From: Geosiphon pyriformis uo1
Taxonomy: Eukaryota; Fungi; Glomeromycota
NCBI GenBank assembly: GCA_016748015.1
Contig: JAAOMT010000021.1
Location: forward strand, 10,995 to 68,564
Direction: 5' to 3'
DNA: 57,570 nucleotides
Part shown: in pieces, positions 13,850 through 25,757 of the stretch
How the letters are laid out: each line of letters starts with the position of its first letter
Numbering within the stretch: the first letter of the stretch is position 1
The notes under the pieces: generated by a model
What the model was told of the DNA's origin: nothing
The model's database searches: none
Seen by the model: the letters and a program-made list of their open reading frames with translations, nothing else
Translations under genes and position numbers: made by a program

Positions 13850-14538
13850 CTAACTCGAATCCTTGAGCATCTTCAAATGGGGGATCCCTTCTTCATAAAA
13901 AATATTCCAATCTATAACTTTATACCCATTGCGCTCATAAAATCCCATTTTATCCTCTTGAGCATGTAAAAAAAACTTTTCTATCCCCATTTCTTTTTTT
14001 GCATATGCTTCAACGGCAGTCATTAAAAGCTTTCCCATTCCTTTACCACGAAATGGTTGTGTTACAGCTAATCGCCCAATTTTTCCGGAATTGAAAGAGT
14101 AAGAATGAATACGAACTGTACCAATTGGTTGAGAGGCTGATCTTTCTAAAGCAAGTAAATGAATTGTTGCTGGGTCATTATCGTGTCTAATATTCGGTTC
14201 AAAAAGATTGAGTTTTAAGAAAAGGCAAAATCTCAGACGAACAGAATTTGAAGTCATAAATTATAATCTTTCAAATTTACTCATCAATCTCTCCATCCGG
14301 TGAACACTTTTGCTCATTGACAAATATTTCAAATCGGACTTTATAATATTTCTCACGATCTATCATTACATCCAAAGTTGATGAATGAGTTGATGAATTT
14401 TAAATCGATATTTCTGAGAACCAATAACATTTCAAATTGCAACATTTTAAAATTCAATAAAATTGAAGCTTTGAAAAAACTCGCACCTTCGTCACTCATT
14501 ACACGAATAATTTCCACATCAGGTTCAATTGTTGTCAT
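13850..14538 (-). CDS. GNAT acetyltransferase, ElaA/YjcF-like; exons 14538-14487, 14359-14281, 14186-13850
   Basis: Spliced protein MTTIEPDVEIIRVMSDEDREKYYKVRFEIFVNEQKCSPDGEIDEHDNDPATIHLLAL...IGRLAVTQPFRGKGMG...LHAQ...FYERNGY...EEGIPHLKM; acetyl-CoA motif RGKGMG; GT-AG introns in frame. Confidence 0.9.
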
Positions 14539-14734
14539 TTTTTCTTTGTTAATTTTTAAATCAGGATCTTCAACACTAAATAAGCTTGGATCGTATTTTT
14601 CAATGACTGAAAATCTCGACGCATAAATGCGTTGCACGACACTATATATATTGTAAATTTCTTTGGAAAAATTATTCCCAAAGTCACATGTTTCATTACA
14701 TACAATTTAAGCAAAGAAAAAATATTTGTTTAAT

Positions 14735-15060
14735 CAGTGAAACTAAATCCTCTCTTTTCTGAGCTACCTTCTTAAAATGCTGATACCACCACCTCTGCTA
14801 CCAAGAAAGGTTACCTCTGCGCCCATATCTCTAGCGCAGAGCAAAAAAGAGGATCTTGAGCTACAAAAACAACTTCTCACCCGATTTCAGATATATGAGA
14901 TCATCAGCAATATCGGCTCTGGGGTCAATTCAAGCGCCATGGCTTAAGACCTTATTGGAACGATCAAACCACAGTTGCTGTTACCCACTGTGGTTGAGTC
15001 CGCCTGTTGCCTTGACCTCTTCCAATATATCTTCACCCTCCATTCTGCAAAACTTACAAA
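14735..15060 (+). pseudogene. tnpA: IS607-type serine recombinase TnpA, pseudogene
   Basis: Joining frames gives KKGYLCAHISSAEQK/EDLELQKQLLTRFQIYEIISNIGSGVN/KRHG/KTLLERS...VAVTHCG*...LDLFQYIFTLHSAKL, matching the pattern YARVSSxKQKxDLxRQ...DIGSGxNFKRxGLxxLLE...VxHxDRL..FDLF. Several frameshifts; the N-terminal HTH is absent. Confidence 0.85.
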
Positions 15061-15503
15061 CTCTTTTCAATTCTCACTTCCTACTTGAAGGACCGTGAAG
15101 CTTGGTCATTCTATGGTTTCCTAAAGTCTTGCCGTAATGTTATTATAAATTCACCGCCCTTTTGCAGAAAAATGGCAAGGTCCTGAGGATGCATGGGCTA
15201 CTCGTTTTTTGAGCAAGAAATTATTCCAAAAAACTATAAAGCTTTGGAAACAAAGGTTTTATTTTCTATTTACAAAAATCTTATTGCAAATCAAATATAG
15301 TGAAAGGGGTTGTCAGTCGATCGGGGGTATTCGGTTGTCATGTCGACCCGAGTAATGATTGTTGCACTCCTGGTCGGTTGTTGGTCGGGCGCCATCATTG
15401 CGACTTGCTACGATTTGCAAGATCGAGAATATCTTTTATAATTTGGTGTTTGAAGTTATTATGCTACACTCACGCAACGTTGCCATTATATTGTCTTCAC
15501 TAT

Positions 15504-16749
15504 AGGTAAAGTCTGAATGTTTAAAACAAAGCTTTATTGGATTACCCTCAGAAGCAGCTATTGAAGCGATGAGTAGGCTTGGCAAGATTTGCCTTTAATA
15601 CTGTGGTGAAATGTAGCAAAAGACGATGTATCATTATAATGCAATAATGGTATCACGGAAAGAGGGTGGCTAAAACCTATGACGTTTCAACAAAAACATC
15701 TTTTTGATGATGCTTTGGCTATCTGGGATGAAAAATTTTATTGCAGTGCCATCGTCCGTCTTGGCCTTATTCTTAAGAAGTTGCTTAGGCTCAGCTTTAA
15801 CCAATATCAGAGACAAAGCGATTGATTAAGTATTGGTTGCACGAAAGGAAGTTATCAAACGTAATGCACAACGACAACAAGATGCATCAACACATCACCT
15901 TTCTTTTCAATCTCATAAGGCGTCGCATCACAACATTACAATTTGTGCTCAAGTCACCTTGGAATCGCTTCTATGTATCTTAACTTGACACTTCAGCAAT
16001 ATATGCAAAAGCACATCGACACCAGGTAAAGATAATAAATCTTTTAAGTTTTTGTTTTTTTTAAATTGCTTTTATATGTCATTTTTATGTCATTTTTTAT
16101 TTTAAAGGATAAACATGTGCTATGGCCTCTCCACTTCGAAAAAAAAACGTAATAACAACAAGTGGCTCAATCCGCACAAGATCTCATGTGATGGCAAGCT
16201 TACATACTATCCCAAAACTAATGAGTGGAGATTTGCTTGGGCATACGAGACGCAAAACAGCTCTCCAAAATCCAAGCAGATGGCTCTGTTTCACACAATT
16301 AACCTCCAAATGTAAAGAGAAGGCTAAAAGACCTGATAAAGCGGTGGCACATATGTAACGAGAAATTATGTGTTTGTAAAGTAAAATTCACACAAAGGCC
16401 ATTGGATTTTTTATTTATGAATTCGACGCTATCATCATTCCGCCGTTCGAGGTATTCTAACATGGTAAATAAAAAACATGAAAAACGTCCCAAAAATGCT
16501 TGCTTGGGCCCATTATCGATTTCGCCAATGTCTGGTAGCCAAAGCAGAAGAATTTGGTGTTTGTGCCATTGTCCAGAATGAGGCTTATACATCCGAGACC
16601 TTTAGCTGGTGCGGTAACGTCTAAATAATCGGAAGGTCCGAGGAATACAAATTCCGGAATTATAGGACTGTAATCGATAGAGACGAAAATGGAATCTTTC
16701 TCCGGCATTGCTTGATGGAGCCTTGATTATGTCTGTAGATCATTATTGA
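15504..16749 (+). pseudogene. Fanzor2 (eukaryotic TnpB homologue) pseudogene with an intron at 16026-16107
   Basis: N-terminal QKQLLKR*VGLARFAFN; middle LSFQSHKASHHNITI and ISCDGKLTYYPKTNEWRF; RuvC region KIHTKAIGFFIYEFDAIIIPPFEV/NMVNKK...KMLAWAHYRFRQCLVAKAEEFGVCAIVQNEAYTSETFSWCG...IDRDENG/IFLR/ALLDGAL. Multiple stops and frameshifts; RuvC-I segment deleted. Confidence 0.9.
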
Positions 16750-17374
16750 TGTGCTACAATCCATCTGAATTTGAATTCTTAATTTAATCCAAAGCAAAAA
16801 ATTTGTTATTTCTTGAGTAATTTAATCCAAAGATTTTTAGATCATTTTAGGAAGGAACATGTTCAGGTATGATCTGAATCTTAGAAAACTTATTAGAAAG
16901 AAAAGTAGTTTATACATCCTTGAAAATAATAAAATCCAATAAAATTTTACGACCAAGTATTTATTATAACAAGTTGAGTTTAAAAATTATATGGGAAATC
17001 TTTCATTTGACATGAATTATTCAGCCTTACTCTATTAGTATATTAAAATACTAATATGTAGAGTATTATCCCCTTTAAATTTTTTATTTTCTTATTTCAT
17101 GATACATTATTGCACTATTTTACTTTTACAAAAACTGAAACCAACTTTTTTGACATCATAGTTAACATGTTTCCAAGGTTCTTTTGTTTCAACCTTGATA
17201 AGGGAATCTTATAAATACTATTAAAATCAAAATTATGAGCACAGGGCTAAGTTTAATATATATACATAAACAAATGAGTGTAATTGTTGAGCGCACTTTT
17301 GAGGCCCATTTTTAAACTACAATAATTAAATTTACTAAAAAAATTAACATTTATCTCTATTATACCTTTACTTA

Positions 17375-19114
17375 TTACATTGGATATACATGCACAAACT
17401 CAATAATTTCCCGTGCGCGTACTATAGAGGTATCAGGAATCGTTCGATAGGTTTGAATTCGAAGGTTCTTCAAGGTTGGTTTCAAGCAATTCAACACTAC
17501 ATCCAAATGGTGATCGCAAAAGCATTGCGCCTGATAAAATTCCAAGGTCTCAATTGGTGCTTTTGAAATGGTGAAAAATTCATTTAAAGTATTTGGAGTT
17601 AAAGTCAAAGCAGTTTGAATGCTCAAATGTTTCAAATTTGGCAATTGTTGTTTGGCCATATCACGAAATACGGAATTTACATCGATTTCTGGGTACCGAG
17701 CTCCAGTCAGGATTAGAGTTGCAAGTTTTTTGCAATTAGTGACCAGTTGAACAAGTTGCGGCATCTCTTTTATGGTTGGTCGATAACTAAGACGCACCAA
17801 ATTTGGACAATGTTCTGCGATGGTTTGAATAACCTTTGGTGTGATGGTGTCGGTTGCTGTGGTGACGTCTTCAAATTTCAGTTTCTCGATATTCCAATTA
17901 GAATTTTTAATAATTGCAGAGATAACGCTGCTTGGAATTGGAGTGTTAACATCAATTTTTCGAAGATATGGGAATTTAATTGTCGTCAATGGTTGTAATG
18001 CACGCTCATTTAACCAAACGCAAGTGATAAATTTCAGTTTTTCTAATCGGTGGCAGTTAGCCAGACCTGTTAATGGACGAGCATCAGAGAAATTCACGCC
18101 ATGAAAGTTTATCCGGCGTAGGGATTTTGCTTGTGTTTTGAGTGAATCGACAATTAGTTCTAAGGCAGTTGGACAATAACCGATTTCGAAGGAAATCAAA
18201 CGATCTTGAGATTGAATTAATTGAACCAACGCTTCGGCCTGTTCAATGACTTCATTTCTTCTACGTATACTCCTTCTTCCCATTTCTGGTTTATAGGGGT
18301 AGGATTGTGTCGATGGGTATGAGATCCAAATTGTAAGATTTCGAAGGTGATGCGAAACTTTTGAGATTGCCAACAAGAACTTTGCCTTGTTTGATTTCGT
18401 TGTACATATCAAATTTGTCAGTTGGGATAAACAATTTTTGGATCCTGGATATTTCCCAATGAACAGCAATTCTTCAGGGACAGGAGAATGATGAATCTTG
18501 TCAATTATTAGACTTTTCATTGTCCAACTTTTTCGCATCAACAATTTGGCAAAGGTTTTACAAACTGCCAATTCGGTTCGAAGTTTCTTATTTCGAACAA
18601 AATGCACAGATCCCAAAAGTTTTATGACCGATCTTAGAATTTTTTTTGGGGGCGATATTTGGTTTAGTGAAGGTTTTACTTGAAAGGTGCAAGAACCAGT
18701 TATTCCTTTTGAATATCGAATCCATGCAAGTAAAACTCCATAGGCTTCCCCAAAATCCATAATTCGCATAAATCCAGCGTAATTAAAAATCGGTGTGGGT
18801 CTGTTGTGTATTGTAGAATTGGTAAAAGATGGCAAGGATAATTTTTTTTTTCGAAGCGATTTTTTTTCTTCTTCAGTTAAGGAAAGAAATAAAGTTTCAA
18901 CCAGTTGCCCAGCTCTCATCTGCCATGCTTCTAGAGAATAATCAGATGGATGAGGAAAATTGTATAATAGACTAAATGGTTGTCTCCATAGGATTGGAAC
19001 AGCTGCTTGACACCATTGTCGGTTTACCAGGATACAAGCGTGAAGAGTAGTTCTGTTTTGTTCGAGGTATTCAAAGATTTGATAATAGCAATCGAATATT
19101 AAGGAAGGCATCAT
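17375..19114 (-). CDS. F-box / RNI-like leucine-rich-repeat protein, 579 aa, single exon
   Basis: N-terminal LIFDCYYQIFEYLEQNRTTLHACILVNRQWCQAAVPILWRQPF F-box, the PIFNYAGF motif and LRR-like repeats, typical of Glomeromycotina F-box expansions. Confidence 0.9.
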   Translation of the reverse strand: MMPSLIFDCYYQIFEYLEQNRTTLHACILVNRQWCQAAVPILWRQPFSLLYNFPHPSDYSLEAWQMRAGQLVETLFLSLTEEEKKSLRKKKLSLPSFTNSTIHNRPTPIFNYAGFMRIMDFGEAYGVLLAWIRYSKGITGSCTFQVKPSLNQISPPKKILRSVIKLLGSVHFVRNKKLRTELAVCKTFAKLLMRKSWTMKSLIIDKIHHSPVPEELLFIGKYPGSKNCLSQLTNLICTTKSNKAKFLLAISKVSHHLRNLTIWISYPSTQSYPYKPEMGRRSIRRRNEVIEQAEALVQLIQSQDRLISFEIGYCPTALELIVDSLKTQAKSLRRINFHGVNFSDARPLTGLANCHRLEKLKFITCVWLNERALQPLTTIKFPYLRKIDVNTPIPSSVISAIIKNSNWNIEKLKFEDVTTATDTITPKVIQTIAEHCPNLVRLSYRPTIKEMPQLVQLVTNCKKLATLILTGARYPEIDVNSVFRDMAKQQLPNLKHLSIQTALTLTPNTLNEFFTISKAPIETLEFYQAQCFCDHHLDVVLNCLKPTLKNLRIQTYRTIPDTSIVRAREIIEFVHVYPM

Positions 19115-20999
19115 GATGGTTTGTGAAAATCTATTTGGGAAATGATTGATTTAGATTCTAAAACTGTTTCAACCATAAAATGATGACTTTAGCTAAAATG
19201 ATTATAAAATGACCAGTTATTTTTCAAAGAATTTTATTGCCAAAAAGTTTGCATAGAAAGACAGCCGAATAGGAAAATTGATAAAGAAATCGGCTAACCT
19301 TGTTGTTATAATCAAATCCATTAACAGGTAGAAAAAAACGAACGATGAAAATAAACCTATAAAGAATTTTAGGTTTAATGTGAGGGGGGGGTATATTAAT
19401 GTGTGAGTGAGAGAGAGAAACCCCCACTGGAGGCTATTTAACTATTGTTAGTTTCAATTAGGTAAAGAGTGGACAAAGACAACTTATTAACCTATATAAA
19501 ATGATTTACTACGTCACTATAACATGTGATTTTCGTTTTCCGGAGAATTTTGTGCAAGTCTTTCTCGGGAGTACCATTTGAATTAATGATAGGAGGTTGT
19601 GTCGTACTGTTTCAAATGTGTCAGACAGCAATTTCTTTATTATTATTATGTGTAGATGATCAACATTCTAGCATTAAAATATTGTGATATTTCGATCTGT
19701 GGATTGATTTTCAGAACTCCTGCTAAAAAGTTAACTGAAGGGTGAAAAAATAAGCTTTTAGTCTACCTCCTCTCGATGTTTACCTGTATATAACAATTTT
19801 TAATAACTTAAGCTTAATATTTTGTTTACCAACTCGAAGATCTGTGTCTTTGTGAAAAACTTTTAATCTTTATAATTATTTTTAATTAAAATGAAAATAA
19901 TTTGTAATCACCTAAAATTTTGTTTAATCACACATACTATAATTGATCGGGATTGGGTGATTTTCTTTCCAGTGAGGAAAAATATAATAACGGAAAAAAA
20001 TAGTCACATGATTTGATTGTCAATTAAAGATTGTCGGGAGAGCTATATATACTCGACAGATATAAAATACGATATAAATAAAAAATTTATGAAATTGGTT
20101 CTTTTAATATATACGCTCAGTCTTATATCTATATATTAAAACACGAATAATAATATGATATTTTTTTAGTTTTTTATTATTATATAAGACTAATCCAAAA
20201 AATGCTAAAGAGGATATTTAAAAATACAAATATATATTAAAATTAATAACCTAAAATTAATATATAAAAGTTTAAGATTAAAATTTGAATATATATATTT
20301 AAGGAAAGCATAATATTTTCGAAAACTTTTAATATAAAGAATAATCAATTTATCTTAGCTGAAAAATATCTAAAATAAATTTTAAAATTCATAAACGTTT
20401 CAAAAAAAAATTGAGAATCAAAATAGTCTTATTAAAAACTATTTCGAAAATTTATGATAAATTTTCACTGTTAATATTTATTGGTTGTATAATGAAAACT
20501 TTTTAATCACATATAAAAGATATCAAATCAGTTGAATTGGCATAATAAAATAGATAATTTGGTAACTTTTAATGAATGATTAAAGATTGAATACTATGTA
20601 AAAATATTTATTAAATAAAACAGACTGTAAGACATATATTCTTAATCAAAACTTAAAACTTGTTTTAAGGAGATAAGAATTTTTAAACTTTAACAATAAC
20701 AAATTATACAAATATTTTGGTTTGAGTTTATATTCAGTCCCAAAATTTTCAATCAAATCGAATAGAATAAGAATAAAGACTTAAATTCAGTTAAATTTAA
20801 TGTTTTCAGTATTTTAACTATAATTTAGACCCTTTTGTTTTAAATTAGGTGAATAAAAAATAATTTTTTGTTATATTATGAAATTTTCCCATAAATGAAT
20901 CCAATTTGCACTTTTTCTGATATATTTTTTTATTTACCAATTGGAAAAAAAGCTTTATTGAAAAAATGATTGATAAAACTATTATAAGAAAATCATTTG

Positions 21000-21560
21000 C
21001 AAAATTTAGAGATGACTTTTATAAACTGGCTTTGATAAATTATTAACCTTGAATAATTTTTTGTACCGTCTTTCTTCAAAATTGCCTGAATAAGGTAATC
21101 TGATCACTTATTTGAATTTTATTCAAAATTAACTTTTGATTCAAATTTCTTTGGTAATAGGTGATTGGAAGGATCAGTATAAACACTTTTTATTTGTAGC
21201 ATAACAAGGTTGAATAAGGGAAAGTAGATCTAGTACAATTAAAAACAATATCGAATATGATGAAAGGAAGGCATTACGGTTGCTAACTTTCATAATAACA
21301 TGGCAAAACTATAAATATTACTAGCTATCGTATACTTTTCTCCTCTGTTGTTTGATTTTTTGCTGTTTTTTCCTTGACTTAGTCCAGTTTGTTGTTTTAT
21401 GAAATAATTATAGGATGTTGAATGTAGGTCAATACGAGTAGAATGAAAACAAATATCTCTATGCTGGAGAAACTCTATCACGATCTCATATTCAAGTGCT
21501 TGATATATATGTGTGTTATTTTCTACCTATTGTCAATGACGATAACACTTTGAATGTTTA
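21000..21560 (-). pseudogene. Heavily deleted protein-kinase remnant
   Basis: RGEKYTIASNIYSFAMLL matches RGEEFTTAGDIYSFAMILWE; a C-terminal tail remnant lies near 21010-21060. Confidence 0.75.
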
Positions 21561-22229
21561 ACTATAAAATGTGAAAAAATAATAGATATTTAAATAAATT
21601 AATAATATACATAAATAAATCATAGTAAAAATAAAAAATTAACCATTAAGATGAATAAAAATAATTTGATTATCTTTTTTAAAGAGTACATAACTGTTCT
21701 TTAAAAATGTTTTTATAAAATTTATGTTATATCTATCATTTATGTTGAATGTTTAAATTGTTTTTGATTAATTATGTTTTTGAATCTTAAAAATACGTTT
21801 TTGTTCAAGTATTTTAAATTTTAGTGAAAATTTATGTAATCAATAGTTTTTTTTTTACTTTTAATTAAAAGTTTAATTATAAAAAGATAAATTATTTTTT
21901 AAAAAAATTATAATTTTTAAAGGTTATTTTAAAAATATCATAAATTAAAATCATCAAATTTCTATATTAATTGTTTAATATAGTAATTATTTTTTTATTT
22001 TTTTTTTTACATAAATTCTTAAAATATCTTTGGAAATAATCGAATAAATATTATTATTTAAGTGGGATAAAAGAAACTTTGTATTTAATATAAATTAAAA
22101 ATTTACAATATGATAAAAATCGTCTAAAACATATCCACTTATGAAAGGGTCGTCTAGATATATTAGATAATAATATACATAAGCGTTAAAGAATTGTATA
22201 AAATTATTCACAATTTTTTTTAAATTCTT

Positions 22230-23516
22230 ACCTTTAGGCAAATAATTTTTCAAATTAAAATTTATAGAGTAAATTGAAATTCAATATATATTAATGAAAT
22301 CCAACAATTAATTTCTTTTAAATTAAAAAACAGACCTGTTGAAAAGTCAACCATTTGAGCAGTTAAAAGACGACTTTTATAAACTGCTCCTGAATGAATT
22401 ATTAATCTTGAATAATTTAAAGAATCTTTTGTTGAGTTTTTTTTGCCTCATCACGTTTTAAAGTTTTTTAAGGAATTTAATATATTTTGAAATCTTCCTG
22501 AATATTTTGTATCTACTTTTCTATCTCTAAGTCAAAAAAACAAAGTTTTCCCAGCTTCTCGTAAACTTCTTTGGCAGTAGGACGATTATTAAAATTAGCA
22601 CCCCAACACTTTTCATTGAGTTTAGCGATAGAATATGGAATAAGTAGGGTGGAAATCTCAGGTATTTGACCATTTAGAATAATCGTTATCAGGATTGCGT
22701 TATGAGAACATTCATGAAAGGGAGGTTTTTCTATTGCCAATTCCCAAAATGTCATCCCTAAACTATAATATCATCAGCTATAGTAAACCTCTCTACTCTT
22801 AAAACTTCTGGAGGAATGTATGGAATTACTCCAAATATCTTATTCTCTGCTCCTGCTGTTGCTTCATTTTTTTTCTGGTTAACATGATCCGAGGCCTCTA
22901 ATTTCTACCCATTCTTGATTATGTTGTAGGATATTGCCCGAGTGTAAGTCACGATGAACCATACCAGCAGAATGAATATAATTAACTCTACTAGCTATAG
23001 AATTGAACGTGATAATTTGAGTACCTTTTTAAAGACTTCATCACTATTCACAAAAGATGTTTTCATAAATTTTATTGCTACTTCATTATATTTTTTTTGC
23101 TTCCACTTAGTTTTTCCTCTTTTATGTTCGCCATTACATTTTATGCTACCTAAATCAATTAATCCATCAAAATAGGTTACTTTATGAATTTTACCGAAGC
23201 CCTCCTTCTCCAATTTTGTTGATATTTGACAAAGGCTCTCATGTAATCCATTCATAATAATTCAGACTACCATTATATATGCTAATATATCAACTTTCAT
23301 ATTCATCAATATTACATGGAATATGGATTGGATTCTTGATTGCTTTATCAACTGCTTCATTGCCGCTTGAAAAATCTTTGTAAAGTTTTTTAAAAAATAT
23401 GAAGTGGCATCCACTGCAAAAATTTCCTGCATTCTTTCCGATGAGATATTGACACACTTTACACTCATTGCAATTATGAACGTATGAACAAAATTTTAAA
23501 TTTCAAAGTCTTCCAT
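22230..23516 (-). pseudogene. Tyrosine-kinase-like kinase pseudogene (K0)
   Basis: Fragments EGFGKIHK, EVAIKF, HRDLHSGNIL, FGVIPYIPPEV, WELAIEKPPF, RPTA, YKSRLLTAQM; frameshifts, stops and an internal deletion after the first exon. Confidence 0.9.
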
Positions 23517-25757
23517 GCTGTGGATAAAAATTGAATAGGTTATTATGAGAAGAGGCTTTTTTTAAAAACTTTTATTAATAGGAAGCTTAAAAAGTAATTT
23601 CTTAAAGGCGGATTTCGTATTTATGCTATTTCTCAATGCAAATATAATGAATTATATTCATCAAACTATATTAGCTATAAATCGATTAAACAGGTTTTTA
23701 ACTCCCATTGTGATTCAAACCCTAAGTGGTACAATACACAAAAACGCTCTTGCCATTTTCAATGAGTCTTCTATGGCTTGTAATCGTTGAGTTTCTTCTT
23801 TTGAAACAACCAATCAAGTGTCTTTTCCCTCTAAATACCTTCTAATCTTTCTTCACAGATACTTTTCCGTTGTTCATATTCTCTCTCAATAATAAATTTA
23901 TCAATTATCGTTACTTTTTTTTCTTTTTGTGATAAATCACCCAAAATATTTTCTCAAAAATCCTAGCTTTGTAAATATTTTTTTTAACTTATCCTAAAGG
24001 GGTATTTTAATTTCTTTTATATATAATAAATACAATAACAAAATGATTTAGGCTTCACATGCTGATAAAAATTTCCTTCTGCGAAGAATATAATGTAAAA
24101 AATGTAGGATTTGATCCCAAGATCCCTGCTGCTTATACCTTGATTATTTCTATTCTATTATTTCCTATACTATTAATTTCTCTAGTGCTTTTAGTCGCAA
24201 TAAACTTTAAATGGTATTTAAAGTAAAGTAAATTAGACTTTTTTATTAGAACTTGTATCTTGTACATTGTACATGTATTAATAAATGGGCTTTACTTTTT
24301 TAGCAGTTTAACAGAATTTTAAAAGTAAATGTAAATCATTAATTGAAATAAACTATAATTAAGTTGTTATTTTCATGCCCTCAACCTTGCTGGCTATACT
24401 CTTCAAAAATAAGATTCAAATGGCGAAAGATGTTTTATTTTGTGCATGCATTCATTTGAAGATCATGCATTAAAGGAAAATTTTGTCAATGAATATGCAA
24501 AAGTATCATGTATTTTATAACCTAGATTTTATATAAGAAATGAAGTAGTTTAACTTTTGTAAATAATAAATTCCGATAAAAATTTATGTTTTATATGTAT
24601 ATGTCTTATTTTATTTTCGATTTTAAGCCTAAAAGTTTCTGAAACTTTTTTAAAAAAGATTATCTAAATACACAATATATTTTTAACCACATTAATTTCT
24701 ATAATGAAATATTCTTAAAATTACTAGTGAATTTATAAAATATTTTTTTATTGTATTATTATACTTTTTTTAAAAAAAATGAATTTATATTTCTAAGATT
24801 CTAATGTTTTAAAAAATTAATTTTCTTAACTTATTGAATTATTGAGATTCAAAAGTAAATGATTTAATACAGCCAATAATATTAAATTTAAATAAATGTA
24901 CTATAAAAAAAATTCTCAAATTTCCATTGATGCTAAAATTTATTTTTTAAAGCTTCTTTTTAAAATTAGTCAAAAGAAATATTAATGTCTAGTAAAAACA
25001 AACTTTTTTAAAAATTAAATTTTTTTTTCACTTACTGCCTTTGAAATTTTTTCATATTTTTGAAACATCTCGGTTCATGCTTTTGTTGAATAACGATAAT
25101 GGTATTTTATCTGAAACTTGAATAAGTATTATAAAATTAAGCGACATTTAACTGAATAAATGCTTCTTTAAAGCTAAAAAAATCTAAAGAAAATTCTTTT
25201 TAATGAAATTTAAAAGATATTGGGGAATTTTAGCGTTTAAGAAATCCTAAATCGAAGTTTCAAACTTGAAATGAAAAGAGGAATATTATTCATATAACTT
25301 ATTAAAACTTATGTCTATTAAAACATCTCTTTACAGAAAAATTCTTCATAATTCCCTATTAAAGTGTAGCTAAACTGCTAGATGAAAGTTTTATTTAAAG
25401 TCCAATATGGAATATTTTCGCTCAATAAAATTTATTCATTTATTTTGAATGGAGTGGGTTTTAAGAAATCCCAATCTTCATCATAAATGAATTATTAAAA
25501 GCAGCTACCATTTTCAATATAATAAAATTTATAAGAAAAAATCTAATTCACCGAATTATGAGAGGCATCAATTTTTGTTGAAGATAATTAATTATTAGCT
25601 TTGAAAAGATATATGCATCACTGCAGGGGGCGTTATACAGAACAAAGTTTTTCTTTGTTTCTAGCAAACAAGCAAGATGATCGGCCATATGTTTACAGAT
25701 ATAAACAGAGATTAGAAAAAAAAATTAGTTTCCCAATCTCTTTATTACAATAATCTT

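Larger units (their letters stand above)
14735..16867 (+). mobile_element. Decayed eukaryotic IS607-family element (TnpA serine recombinase + Fanzor2/TnpB)
   Basis: Same-strand tandem of a TnpA-like and a TnpB/Fanzor2-like pseudogene in canonical IS607 order. Left end apparently truncated; right end approximate. Confidence 0.85.

Noticed and set aside
16299-16708. Minus-strand ORFs of 97 and 83 aa
   Set aside because: Antisense to the Fanzor RuvC region, which explains the sequence.
17747-18683. Plus-strand ORFs inside the F-box gene
   Set aside because: Antisense shadows with no recognisable motifs.
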